Shown here: positions 30,801 to 45,800 of the stretch, one piece after another | Numbering within the stretch: position 1 is the first letter of the stretch | Layout of the letters: each line of letters starts with the position of its first letter | Origin: Balanoglossus misakiensis | Lineage: Eukaryota; Animalia; Hemichordata | Direction of reading: 5' to 3' | Assembly: GCA_040954595.2 (NCBI GenBank) | Contig: CM082577.2 | Location: 1,550,001-1,614,000 of the forward strand | DNA length: 64,000 nucleotides | The notes under the pieces: generated by a model | What the model was told of the DNA's origin: nothing | The model's input: the letters and a program-made list of their open reading frames with translations, nothing else | Database searches by the model: none | Translations under genes and position numbers: made by a program

Positions 30801-33800
30801 TCCGTTCTCTGTTGGGAATGCAACATGAATGCATTAAGCCTTTAAGTTCAACACAACATCAAGAAATATGAACATGCAGTGAAACCTGTCTATTAAGGAT
30901 ACCTCTGGGATAGCAAACTCTGTCCTTAATAGAGAGGTGTCCTTAATACACAGGTACTTTTCTATTCAGTGACTTTTGTCTTGAAAAATCTGTCCCTAAT
31001 AGAGAGGTGTCCTGATTAGAGGTGTCCATAATAACAGGTTTCACTGTATTCTCAATGCAAATAAATTAATACACTACATGTACATGTACATATTGGAAAA
31101 ACAATTTCAGAATAATTTTGATATATACAGTACATGTATGTAACTTGTGGCTGCACTTACCTAGGCTGTGCGTCGAAGTCTTCTCTCAGATTCACTCGTT
31201 GAATTTCAAGTCCCCTTTTCAGTTGGCGTGTCATCACACTTTTCTCGATGACAAGGTTAGTTGTTGGGTCAACTAGATTACCGTTGTTGTCAATGTAGAA
31301 ACCGAGGAATGTCATGGAATTGTGATCATGGTTGAAGAATATGTAAGGATGGGGGCTACAGAAGGAAAGGCAAATAAAAAGATGACCATGGTTGTAACAA
31401 ATCATAGTCTCTTTGGTTGATATCAGTAAAGCTCACCTGCAATTTACATATGTCCATAAATGGCAAAAAGTGTCTTTCTGAGTGAAAAGAACATATGGTG
31501 GCGCTGTGTTTTTTTTTTTGTTTTTTTTGTGTGTACCATCTACTGAAAATCTGAATAACACTGTGCATTTCATGAGTCAACATCTCACCTGTTTTCCCAT
31601 CGTCTTCGCAACTGGTAAGCTGCGATGTCATCCCCGTCAGTGGGTTCTTCTTCTTCTCCAGCATCTTCCTCCTCTGTGTCTGCCCGAGGCTTGAATGTAC
31701 TTTCATCCGACATGTTCAGTGAGGGAGTAGCAAAGTCCTGATACATGTACAAACAGCAGAGGGAGTAAAGTCAGAGACAACTCGGGGATAAAGTGCTTTC
31801 ATAAAATCTTTTGTCTTAAAAAAGTGAAAGTCCCTAAACACTTGTTCTTTCCCTTGTTCTTGGTGAATTCGGTGTTAATCCTTCGTTTTGTTCAGATACA
31901 GACCATTCAGACAGATCTGAAACATTCTATGTTAGAATCCCATTTAGAGAAACATTCCGTGTCAGAAAATGTCATAAAAAATTTTGTGAGAACAGTTCAT
32001 TATATCATGATCTGAAAAGGCTTAGATTTGTACGCCAGCGTGCGGATCAACTTTTATGCACAATGATGTGTGTCAGAAGTAATAGGTTAAATCTAGGAGC
32101 AAAGTGACAAAATAATGGAGTAAATGACTGCAGTATATCAAGTCTAAATACACTAAATTTCATGGCTGACCTTTGACATCTGCATCATGAATCTGACCAC
32201 AAAGTTGAGGAATCCATTCAGACTGGTATCTTCTAAATGACTGTGATCACAGAACACAGAGTGTTCACAGTCTTTGAGTTGCTCATTAAGGAACCACACA
32301 AAATGTCTCAGTTCAGCCCAGGATGGGTCAGCTATACCACAATGTCTGAAAGTAAAATAATTAAAATATTGTACATTTAAATCCCAATTCATATAAAGTT
32401 AAGAACTGAAACAAAGAAATGTCCACATTTTAATTTTCTCTTTCCCACATATGATTTAACCACACAGGATACAACAACATACACATAAATTATCTTTTTT
32501 AATACACTCTCATCCACAACACAGATGGAAGAAGAGTTCTGTGGTGCCATGTACAAGTATGAAGTTGTACCTACCTCAGAAGGACCTCCAGGCACTGGAC
32601 ATGGTCTCCTTCATGACTGCCTTCTTCAAAATCAAAGTAATCTAAGTTGGCACCTTTGGCTTTCCTCACGAGATACTGGTAAGCTCTCTGGAAGGCGGCA
32701 CTTCTGAACTCCTGATTGTCCATCAGTGGGTCATTTTCAAACGTTTCTGAAAGGATATCACAAATAGTGTAATCTAGTGGCTAAATAATGACCTAAAATG
32801 ATCTTTCTTTATAATGTTGAACTTTAACAAACTTGCAAGCAAAGTGAAGATCTTGTCCTTGATGGTTTTAGCTGACAGGTCATCATTACTATTAAACAAA
32901 TGGCCATAATGAATGGCTACTATCATAATCTACATTCATAAAAATCGTAAAAAATATTGTTTTGGATTAATATATCAAGTGCCAACTTTGAATGATTTAT
33001 TTGCAACCTTTTACATACATACCGGTAAATATATCTGTGAACTTTTTTTTAATATAATGAACATCGTCAGAATTGAAGTAACTCTGTATGACAAAAAAAC
33101 CATACATTTTTAATCTTCTCAATTTGTAATTCTCCAGGTACTTACGATCCAGTTCATTATTGGCCTTGACAACTTCTAAGTCTTTGGTTTCTTTTGGTGA
33201 TCTGCATGTAACCGTTGGTAACACAGTGAAGAAAGGTTTGGAACCAGCAGAAACTCTCTTGACCTGTAAAGATACCAAAACAAATCAGCACATGTTCAGA
33301 AATGGATTTTGGGTTCTGCCAAGTTGATGTACATTAGAATACATGTAGCTTGTGCATGGGGGTTTTGAGCTCCATACACTGAGACAAAAACAAGAAACTA
33401 AATGAGGGTATAAAAAGATAAATTATTTACTGTACAATTTGAAGCTATAAACACATAATTTGAGAGAAATTTAAAAACACCAGTTAATTTTTTTAATGTC
33501 ATAATACTAAAAGTATTTTGGAAATACATACACATCGAGCCGATAAATTTAAATTTTCTGATTATACCTTTGCATCTGTTTTTTCTGCAGCTGACTGCGA
33601 GTCAGTCTTCTCCACTTGAGATGCTGATGTAATCTCTATGACATACAAATCCCATGCATTACGTCTCCAGATATGTCCATGTACGTTACTTATGCCTCCA
33701 AGAACCAGCATGTTGAACAGGAAGTCATCAACACCTCTTTGAACCTAAAGATCAGATGCAAATAGTAAAAGTTTTGTTATACATTGTACTCTGAGAGCAA

Positions 33801-36800
33801 AATCAACAATTTGATAATAAAAATATACAGAGTCGGATATTCACTGAAGTTGTGTTGTTCTGTAGATAATGACTAACCATGGTAGTCAGAATGCAATATT
33901 AAAATTTGAGGTACACAAAACAAGAATAATTTGTTTTGGTATGTCTGAATGATGACCATAAACTTATGGACTTACAGCAGGTGTTATGTCAAAATGGAAT
34001 ATCCTGGGTATTGGGTTGGTCGGCTCAGTGATGAAGTCTGTCAGTTTCGACACAATGGCATTCTGATCAACTTTTTTCTCGGCCAATGGTACTGTGACAC
34101 ACACACCATTTCTCCGTCCTGTTGTGAGTTGTAATTGTTCTGCAAGTCTTGTGACTACCAGTGATTTGCCGACACCAGCTCTGGTAGAAGTTACGACCTG
34201 CACACAACATCTGTGGAGAAATAAACAAACAATTCAAATGTTCTCCTTGGGAATGAGAAAAGTGGACAATAAGGATAAAAGTAAGGTAAACATTTCAGTC
34301 TACATGTATCATTTCTCACAATGTAAAGTGTTCAGTAAACTATGTTTCAGCAATTAACATTTTCATATTGAAAAGAAATTCACTTCTGAAGTCTTGAGAA
34401 GAGGTCCGGAGAACATGTTAAAGTCCAAGTAGCAGCCACTTTTAGTTTTATTTAATCAATAAAATTGCAGCTATTGTAGCTTTAAGTACTGTGTCTTACT
34501 TGTCATGGGTCAGGCTGGCAGCAGTCTGCACTGACTTCACATCAGCTGCCTGCTGGATGAATCGTTCTTTCAGGTAAGTCTGCATTTCTTCAATTGATGG
34601 CAGACTGGGTGAATCTATTCTGTAGATATCTAGAGCTGTCACCATGTGAGAATGGTCTTCCCTCTCACGACTGCATAGAACAACCAACCTGTACTCTGTA
34701 AAGTTGGGGGAAAAACATGAGATTGACTACACATGAAGTTGTATCATCAGGAGGCTAGGGACCTCCTAAGATGGCCAAACACAAATCCATGGTTTAAGTT
34801 TTCCTAGTTAAAATGCCTTGACATCTTTCTCCATCACCATATAACATATATTGATGAATACCATTCTGACAATAATTGGGGGAAAATTAACTACCTGGGT
34901 ACATTTCTATGCGTTATTCATCATGTACACTCTCTCACACTCCCTCTCCCTCCCATGTTCAAGATTTGCACTGTACCGTTTGTGATATTTCGTTCTTTTG
35001 CAAGGCTGATTCTCTTTTCCTCAGCTTTTGTGCTGACTTCATAGTCCAGCTGATCAGCATTCACCAAGCAGTAGATTCTACCACTGGTATCATACATTGC
35101 ACGTCGCCACAACAGTACGATCTATGAGAGAAATGTAAAGAAATGTTGTAATTTTTTTACAATTGTAAGGGTGTACAGTATCTGACTGACTAATTGACTG
35201 CTTATTACTTACATGTACTTCCTTATTACTTATTTACTTGCCTAATTACATGTACATGCTTACTTTTACTTATGGTACCAGTACTTACCGGTACTTACTT
35301 ACTTATAAATGTACTCACTTACTTATTACTTACTTTTACTTACTAACTTAAAAAAGTAAACACAATACTTACTTCTTCCAAGGTGGTGTTTGGAGTGCAT
35401 ATCAGTACTTCATCATATGATGGCAGCTGAACCTGTGGCCCATACATGTAGATGGATAAGGCAGTGCCCAGAATCTCACCTGTAGAGTGAGGGGAAAGTG
35501 TATGACATCAAAACTATTGTAACAATAACCTTTACACAACTACCAGGTCTATGAAACAATCCATAAAGCCAGTCACTGAAATTGCACAGGACAGGTAAAG
35601 ACAATATTAAATATATGTGTATGCAGGTACACTATGTCAGCATCTGAAGGGTATTAGCATAGCTTACTTAATTGTCTGACCATTAAATTTGGTCTTCCAG
35701 GATTTAAGTAGGATGGAAATGGGCGGTCCAAGATCTGTGGATCTAAAAAAAACAATCAAAACAGTAATTATTGGGAATTAAATCAAATAGCATTTCGTGT
35801 CAAAATATTAAACAGTCTATGTCAAAAAGTAGATTCTTTTCTCCTGTCTCACAATAATGATGATTGAAATGTTTATGGCCAATGAATTTTGGTAATATTG
35901 ATAAAACATGCAAAGTGCTTCTTGTCACTTACAAAAATGAATATTTTATACTTCTCGAGAAAATTAATACTAATGTAACACTGGCAGACTGAGAGAATAT
36001 CTATTTTTCCTTACCTTTGGTTGCTAAATACCGTAAGGTATAGCCAAGATGCTCCAGGCTTAGATAATCTTCTACACTTTTTGCAGTGAGCGAGCTTTGG
36101 TACTCCTTCCAAAGGTCTTTCAGTTTTCTAATCAAATCCCTAAAGAAACAATTGCAAACACAATAGCTCAGTCTTGTATCCCTTGAACTACATTTGCATG
36201 GCTGTGTTGATGAAACAGCACACATGGCCATAATGCTTTAGAATGGTGATGGACAGATATGAATTGATACGTGAAGCATCCAAGAAACATCAGCTGTGCT
36301 TGGTCTATAAACGTAACTACATGTTCAATGATAGATGCAGCCCCCCTTTCACCCCTATTTTCTTGAACAGAGTTCCAACTTTACCATAGAAAACAATGGA
36401 TTTGGATTTGCCACTCACCCTTTTGATGACCTCAGTCCAGACAACAATGATGTAGTAATGGATCTGAGCGACGACACATCACTTGATTGGACAGTAGCAG
36501 CCGATGTGCTTTCAGTCACACTCATGACACACGTCTCATCCTCTATTTGCATGGATCTCACAGTGGACGTTGGCACAGATGGTGCAGCCTCTTGTGTTTC
36601 ATTTGCTAGCATGCTTTCCAAGTCTTCGTCGAGTTCTTCGCTCAAGAACTTGACAAGTTCTTTATCATCCATGTTCTGGTAACACCAGGCCATGGCCTTG
36701 TCGATATCTGCCTCATAGCTCAGGTATTTCAAAGAGGCTTTTGCCAGATCTTCACCCATTCCCTGATCATACATTTGGGAGATGAATTGCTCAATGGAGG

Positions 36801-39800
36801 CTATGTCAAATTTAGACTTCTGCATCTGTTCTGGTTCTCCCGCTTCACCCTCGAGTGGTGCTTCTAATGTATCATTTGCGCCGAGATTTCCTCCTTGCAA
36901 GAGTTCATCAGTTTCCATCATTTCGTGACCACCAGCGTCGTTTGCGTCATCCCCTGGCGCCAATTCTTCTTTTGCGCTGCCAACTCCTGTGAATGGTGCG
37001 TTGAGGGCTTCTTGCACATCCCCTTCCTTGCAATTGGGCTTCAAGGAGTCAAGCAGCGAGTATACACCTGGTGACACCTGGCGAGGATTGGTCATCATCT
37101 TGGCCAGCTCTTGTCTGAGAATCACAAGTTGCTCTGTGGTGTAGTGATTCAGTTGGTAGAAGTCTGAACGCTTATCCTCTACATACTCTAACCATTCCTG
37201 TAGACAGTCTTCCATGAAGTTGCACAACTTCTGAAGCTGGATATAGACTGGGTCAAATCCTGACAGGGTACTGTCACCAATACCAACACCAAAGTCCACA
37301 ATAACGGATACTTTCCTATCTGGCTTGCAGTAGATAACTGCTGTCCATTTGGAAAACAGGACATTCCCTGCTGCACAGAGTTTGATGTATGCTGCAGCTA
37401 GCCTGGTCACACCTGAGAGAATCTGATATTACCATAAAAACAATTATAATAGTATATGCCTACAAACAGTATCAGCAATTTTTATTTATTTTACATGACA
37501 GCTATTCACTACATCATACATGCCCTTGAACTTCCATGACAGTAACGAAAACGTTCTATTCCCAAGTCACAATGTTGAATCACTTTTCTAATACATTTAT
37601 TTCAAAGATCCACAGTGACAATCTACACGAAAATAACATGAAAAGTGTCACTGATGTACTTTAATTAATAAATAAATATTAACAAGCGTCAGAAATTTGA
37701 ATGCATACAGCAGTACTCATTACAAAAGAGACCAACAACATTATAAGCTACCAATCATGCCCAGGAGAAGAATATAACATTTGAAAACAAAAGCAAACAT
37801 ACTCAACACCACAATGATCAATGTATATTTAAAGTTCTATTACCCACCTCTGTAAATCTTTCAACCTCCCCTCTACCTTGTCCAGCCTTTCCGGCGACCA
37901 ACATGAGTTTACTTTGTAAATCCTTCACCATATCCAGAGTGTAAATCTTGTCACCATTCAGCTTGTCATCATCTTCATCTTCATCTTCTTCTACTCCTTT
38001 TTCCCCAACACTCTGCACCATCAACTTGATGACACTTTCAATGGTGTCCTGAGGAGACAAGATCACATTACAACATGACTTAACATGTCAATTTGACTAA
38101 CAATGTTTTAGCATAGTGTACATGTACATGTATACTTCATTGCTTGTCGTTATGGTAAATAGACATCAGGTGCATCATAATTATTTTGTCATGTGTCAGA
38201 TCCTGAATAATTTATACATTTTATATCAAAGAAATTGCAAGAAGTCATATCAGTTCAGATATAGTTGTAATAATAATTAGTTTATCCAACAAGTAAAATA
38301 CAATATATACACAATTGTTTTAACCCTTAACTGTCCTCGAAACACATTTGCTGATTATACGCTTTCTTTTACCTGGGAATTGCAGTCTTTCATATATCCT
38401 ACGGTGTACACACCACAGAAGTTGATGGCTTCAGCTTGACTCAGTGATGAGGTTTCCACTGACCCATGCGACTCTTTGACACCCTTCAGCCATTCAAAAT
38501 GATGACCAATGTCTCTCTGTAAAATGGTAAAATGAAACAATTATAATCGTAGAATACATGTACCATTTTTCACCATGTAAGAATTTGCATGTCATGCCAA
38601 CAACAGTCAATTGCAAGCTCAACTCAGTGTAGCAATCTCAGCAGCTGAAAAAAAAAACATTTTGCTACACAATACCAGGGGGACATCAGTGTACAGCCAA
38701 AAACCTGACCACTATAGCAAACTAACAGATTTAACTTTTTTCATCCCTCTTTCCCTCTGATCTGGTCCAACTTTACCATATAGTGGTACAGGAAAGGGTT
38801 ATGGGTATTGCTATAATTATATATTAACTTGTTTAGTTCTCAGCTGGCAGACAAAAATCAAATGATCTAAAATGAATATTTAAAGTACAGAAGTTGTACA
38901 GAATTAAGGAAGGATCTATGCAAATGTGGCTATGTATGGAAGATTAAAGTTCTGTGCGGAACACACGGCTACATGTAGTATCTACATACTTTGTTTACAT
39001 ACATGTAATTTGCACATTTTATTTTTATAATTTACACACAACTCACCAACTTCTTTGGCAGAGTCCCATCATTTCTCAGAGCATTCCACAGTGACTCACA
39101 GGCATTCATCAATTCTGTAAAGCCAGCTTCTTTTTCCAGGTCAAAGATTATGGATGAATATCCGGTGGTGGCTTGGTGAAGACATTTCACACGATCCACT
39201 TCCAGGTCTGTCTCGCCAGCTGATATCATGGCCAGGTCTACAAACACTTTCAGCTGCTGGACAGCTGCAATGTATTGGGGAATAACATCAATGCCTTCAT
39301 TTTCATACCACAAATTCTTTCAACATGGTTCTCCACAGGGCAGATTAGTAATATAGGTTGTGACAGTATTATTTATTATATTATATCAGCACAAAAGGGC
39401 CACAAGCTTTAATTTATGGAAGCCATGGTTCAATAGAGCATAGTGAAAGTAAAACAAACAAACAATGGGATCAGGGATTTTTTTCTGACACTTAAAAATA
39501 AAATTTGTGTGATGATGAGACTTATTGTAGTGATACTGCGAATGTCTTTGTTTCATGCAAACAACCTTCCCCAAAGTATTTGAGTGCAGCCCTTTCTTAT
39601 TTTTAATGCCTAAAAAGTAGTTAACATATTAGCAACTATCTCCAACCATATAATTTCAATTTACTTTTGATTTCTTCTCTGAGCCATTCTACAAGCACTC
39701 TTCGTTGGACTAATTCTTTCAGACTCTGAATTCGTTCTTGCGATAACTTTGCCAAGACTTTGCCTGCATGTACCACTTCTTCATTGATAGAATCAAGCTT

Positions 39801-42800
39801 CCTGTCTTTGAAGTCATCACTTCTCTATGGAAAAATAAAGACCAGAGAGAGTAAGTCAATGGACTCTTGACTGGTAATTAAAAATGCTTTCTTTTACAAT
39901 GTTTATTTTACAGCAACAAGGCTGAATTACAAAATATTGTGTTCAAAGCAAGACCCCAAAGTTCAAAAGTGATGACACATTATAAAAGGCATAAAATGAA
40001 CACAGATTAATAAATTTGTGAAAACGATGCCTGTAAAAGAGCAACTTACAACAGATGACAGGACATCAACTGCCTCAAAGTTTCCAGTTAGACCAAAGGC
40101 CTTTCGCACTTCTAACACAATGTCAACTGCGTCCAGTCTTCGTTCCAGTGTGTGATACTGTTCGATCTGTTGTATTCTCTTTCTAATCCACTCAGATCCT
40201 GGTTTGCTGCCATGAAGCAACAGTAGCTCCTTCTCGATTCTTTCATACTTGCCACTAAATTTGCCAAATAAGATGTCAACTTTCCTCAGAGTGATACTAC
40301 CATTCTGAGTGTTGGTCAGTAGTTCAGTGATGCCGACCTGTGAACTCTTCCAGACAAATTTCGCGATTTCATCCACAGTGAGTACATCTGTCCCTTCTTG
40401 ATTCTTCTTGTCTCTGCGAACCTCTCTGGCTCTTGTCACCCAAAGTTCTTGGAAGAGAATGCTGGTATGCACTCCCTGTAATGGCTCAAGCATTTCTTTC
40501 ACTTGTTGTGGTAATTTAAAGAAGGTGATGTTTGGTGTAGTACAGTTGTTTTCTAGTGTTATGGGATCACACAGACATTTCAACTCCTGAGTCTCAATCT
40601 CAGTGTCAACCTTCATTTGTAAATCTTTGGTGTCCACTGGAAGACAAAAATTCGCAGTGACATCTGTAAGATTCTTTGTGAAGTTAATGCCACAATAATT
40701 TTCTGGTAAAAGTAAAAATATATTTCCATCGGCACATCCTCTATATATGGTATGCCACTGACTCACAAAATTCATATTATTAAACTCAAAACATACCCTT
40801 TTTTTTTAATTTCAGATACGTACATGTAATGACACAGGGCTGATTTGAACAGAAATGGTGTTATGACCCAAAGGTTTCAAAACTCTAGTTATTCGTTTTA
40901 CATATATTGAAATGTTGACCTATGACATCATCCTGAAGTTTTCTTCCAAGCTGGGTTCAAAAGATTAATTTCAATCAAATTTCGTAAACAATATTGACAA
41001 TACAGCAATCCCAAAAAGGTCACTGGTAATATTAACTGTAAGATTGTAAAGTTAAATTAAGATCATACCAGGTTGGATTTTATCGCACACTCCAAGGAAA
41101 GCAGAAACAAGAGACCTCTCTCTTTCAAAGGCAACAAGTTCCTTCTTTCTACCATCTAGTATCTTGATGAGATGTTGACTTGATACGTGATCTCCTGCTG
41201 TTGCAGCACTCTCCTTTGACTTGTTGGTTCCTTCCGCTGCACACACTTTGTGCAGATCAACAAAGTGAGTAGCGTTGTCAATGATAAGCCTCAGTTCATA
41301 CACCAGTATGGAGCCATCAAGTACTTTTTGAACCAAACTTTCCACCAATGACTTGGCCCTGACAACATAGTTTTGTGCTTGCTCATGCAGAATACACCCA
41401 AGTCCTTTCTTTGAACCTAGAACAAACAAGAACAAGGTATATGACGCCACACCAGTTTTCACAAGCATGATTTCTCATGGAGGTGGAGATTTGGCTGTTT
41501 TGTGAGTTACATGTAACCTCCTTTCGACATGAACTGGTTAAGTACCTATTCTAAATTCAAATCCGGTAGAATACAAGTTTATTATGTTAAATAGCTAAGA
41601 TTGCAATTATAGTAAAAATGTTTGCAGCGCTGCTATTCATTTTCACTCACTCTCATAGAATTCGCATCTTACATTAATTTCTGTGGAATATGGATGAAGA
41701 AAATATTCATAACTGCTATTTTCGCATGAATTATTGTCTAATCTCTAACATGACAAAACCAGATTTCTTGATGAATCTTACAATCTTCACAGTCATATTC
41801 ATTAAGTTTCATAACGTCATGAATTTGAACTAATAAAGTTGACCTACATACCTGCCATTTTGAAGAAACCTGCGAATGGGGTCCAGGTCATAACATGGCA
41901 CAGAATTTGGTAATCAGTATCATCTCTGCCGCGAACAGGGTGTGGCCATGACTTCTCCAAAAGACGTGAAAGAAGACCACCATATTCCCTTGCTTCTCTT
42001 TCTTCATGTGCATATAATGACTTCAACAAATCTTCAGATTCTGTCTTGTGCTGTAAATTTCAAATAAATGTTCAGAATATGAATAGAACTTTATAAAGGA
42101 AACTGAAACAAGGAGTTAACGTATACTCTCTCTTGTTTTATTCTCTGTTTTCAGTCCAACAAAACATAAAAAATGAATTCTGTGCCTGTTTGTTTGTAGC
42201 ATTAACCTCGGGTATTTAAGAGTGTCAAAAATACAAGAGTGATGGGCCAAAGTGCAGGACACGCAGAGTGCAATATATGGAACTCACTCTGCGGGAGCCT
42301 TCAGCCTCGGGAAACAGTCTGTTTTTGTTTGTTGTTGTTGTTCTGTTTTGTGTTTGTTTGTTTTTTTTGGGGGGGGGGGGACTCACAGTCTCTCGGGTTA
42401 CAGACGTATGATGTTGCCCTCATGGCCAGTCAACATGTGTATACTGTAACCTCAATGTAAATGCAACAACAGTTATTATACCTTGGCTATTGCTTCCACT
42501 GCACCAAAGGCTGCATCACTCAATGCTTGCTGGACAGTAGCGTTGTAGCCTTGAACATCTTTGTGGCAGTACAGTTCTACTTTCTGAATGTTTGTCAGCT
42601 GTCAGTGAAAATAATATTTTGAAAATTACTTGGAGCCCAGATCAGCCCAATTATCAATTGCAGTTTCCAGACCACTTACATGTACAGTAGCTCTGCAAAA
42701 TTCCATTAATATGTAGTGGAGGTAACAATTTTCTCATGTCATACCTATCATTTGGTTCAGTATTTTTTTAAGATATTGGTTGAATAAATTTGTCCATGGA

Positions 42801-45800
42801 CCCCAGTGTTTTGTCACTAGGTGTCCAAAAAAAGAAACAGCCCTTGGGAAAAGGTATACAAGATCATGACTTATAGAAATTACTCTTCAGATCTTGATTG
42901 GGAACAAATTCTTCTTATTCTTGATGATTGATTTATTCGTATTCTTTATTATTATTCTCATCTTAGTCTTTATAAACTTGTAATAACATTTGAAGACAAC
43001 AAAAACTTTCCATATATCACTCACTTACCTGTCTGATTCTGTCTCTCAGAATTTGCAAAAATTCCTGATTCCACATTGTGACAGCTGATTCATCGACTAA
43101 ATTTATGGAGAACAGCTGATGCCAGATCTGTATCATTATGAAAACAGGTATTAATAAAAAGATTAATTAACACTAATGGGTGAAATAAAACCCAACAGTT
43201 CAATTCTGCATGTTGAAGCATTGACTCTCTTAATCCCATTGCTGAAGCCTGAGTTTTACTTTAATTTACTTTTTATGATACACCAAAGTGAAACTACACT
43301 TATTTCTATGGAAACCATGTGAGTGTTGCTAAACCTACCATAAACATACACACCAAGGCTTTATTGTTAAAGGTGTTATTAAGCAAGAGTTCTTACCCTT
43401 AGTTCATTACAATTACTGGAATAAACAGCTGTCAATTTGTAAGGCAAGTTTAAGTTCAGCCAATGACTTGCTCTGGTGAGAACATTTCTCAGTGTCAACA
43501 CAAGTTTCTCCAGGTTCTCAAGCTGTACTCCTGTTCCAAGTCTTGTCTTAGCTGACTGCGATAAGGTCACAGCAAGACCATAGCAAGCTCCATATATACT
43601 GCATGCACTGGTAATGACCTCATATTCTGAGAGATAGCCCGATCTGGAAATAGCTGCGTGAAAAAGGGCAGAAGCTGCATGCACTGTATCAACAGCTTCT
43701 TCCAGTCTTGTCTTATCAAATGGAACTCTAAAAAAATAAAATGAAATGGATGTTATTTTTCTTTTCATAGTGTATTAACCTGATTTTGCCCTTTCATTTC
43801 TTATCAAAGTAATATGTTAGTAGCGGACAAAGCTGGAAGTTGTCCTCAATATTAAAACATCATATAAACCACAACCAATGATTCTGAACCTCTAAAGTGG
43901 ACCATTACAGCAAATTTAAACTTTCAGATTACAATAGGGATTTCAAAAATTGCAATATTCCAATGAATATTCACTTTTTATGGAGCTAGCAGCATACTGG
44001 GAGTTGAAAATACAACCAGAAGTGATGTACATGTAGATGACTTGTGCTGTGTATACATTGGAAATCGGTATATAGTACTTTCATACTCACTCTCCACTTC
44101 CTGAGGCCAAGGACTTAATATTTGATGTCGTTCTTTGCATTATATATTTCACTGACTTCATTTCCTATGAGAAATAAATCGAAAATTCTCCAAAAGTGAG
44201 CAACATATACCAAATCTGTTTATACTATACCATAGAACATAATGAATGATAGGGGCTCACTGTCAGAGGAATGTGGGTTCAAGACGAGGAAGTTGTGCCC
44301 TTGAGCAAGGCATTTTACTTCTCATTGCTTCTCCCGGCCTTACCCAGGAGTGGTGGGTACCTCATCGTCCTGTATTTGAGATCTCGCCCGTTGGATGACG
44401 GATAAAATAAAAACAATATGCAAAAAGGGAGCTACTAAAAGTTGAGTACATGTGGAAACGACTGAAACTGTTCGTAAGAAAAATTTGAATGAAATTGGCA
44501 TTAGTTATCCACAGTGAATGTTTTACTGACAAAAATTCCACAAACAACCATTGAGAAGGATACAAGCAACTATTGGCAAATATACACTAAATGCAAATTA
44601 TAACATATATGTATAAACATTCCTATCTTTTAAGAGTGGCAATTTAAAAACAATTCTATATAACATCACTGTATACATACGTCAGTTGATAGTCTTGACA
44701 AACTTGTGTTCGTCCAAAATTGATAGCCAAGCCGATAGCAGACCTCGAAAGTGGGTATATGGTCTCCTTCCACAACTTTGCATACTTCTGATAAAGGCAA
44801 TGCCATTATGCTACTTCTGGCAAGCATTTTGTCAACCATAAATAATGGTTTTAACTGCTGAATCATGGGCATCAAGTCATATCTGTTGTAATTGAAAGAG
44901 AAAAAAATTATGAAAGTTTCACAGCTAAAAAGACAGTGTGGCATGTCTGTTACATTTGGACTTATAATTACCACTTTCTAACATGAGCACAACAAAGCTC
45001 GAAGGGACATTATATGTATCTGTTGGCTTTTAATATTTCCTGTATTTTTGCTCTGTGTATAAACAAATGCAATTTCTCGTTCTACTCCATGCTAACATAC
45101 CCAGCACTCCGCTTGTCAACATACGGTAGTCTGACATTGTGTAACTGCCATTGTTATTGTTGACAAATGAATTCTAGTCCCTACTTGAATTCAAATTTTG
45201 CACAATAACAATGCTGAATATATATATCAGTTGTGTTATAAGCTGGATACTGGGTATGCCATCATGTTTTAGGAACTTGAACAAGAAATCTCAGAAGATA
45301 CACAAACATACTGAAAACATGAAGCTTCAACAACGATTTTACACACTACATTGTATATACTTATGCATCATTAACCATGAACTGGGTACGTGATTCACAT
45401 GCAATTCATGTTGATATGATGCACAAATATTAATACTGGCTTTCTGCACAGGGAAACTTCAAAACGATGCCAGTTATACCTCACCAGTTCATAACAACAT
45501 CAACAACAAAAACAAAAGCACATAAAGAAAATGGTACACGGTTTTGAAGGATACATGAATTTCAACCAGAAATCATGCAGTGTTTTTGTTAACCTACTAT
45601 TCTGTGGAACAATTGGTAAACCACAGAAACCTGTGCAAAACATCCCACTTACAATTGAACTTCTCCATTATAAAGTGAGCAAAATGTCAGGGCTAATTTT
45701 TAAATCATCACTTGAAAATATGAGCGTTCTTGTCTTAAAGCCACAGTATTTCTCGTAGGGGCAAAATTTTGTTTGAAACGGCATCTATAATTTCTAAAAG

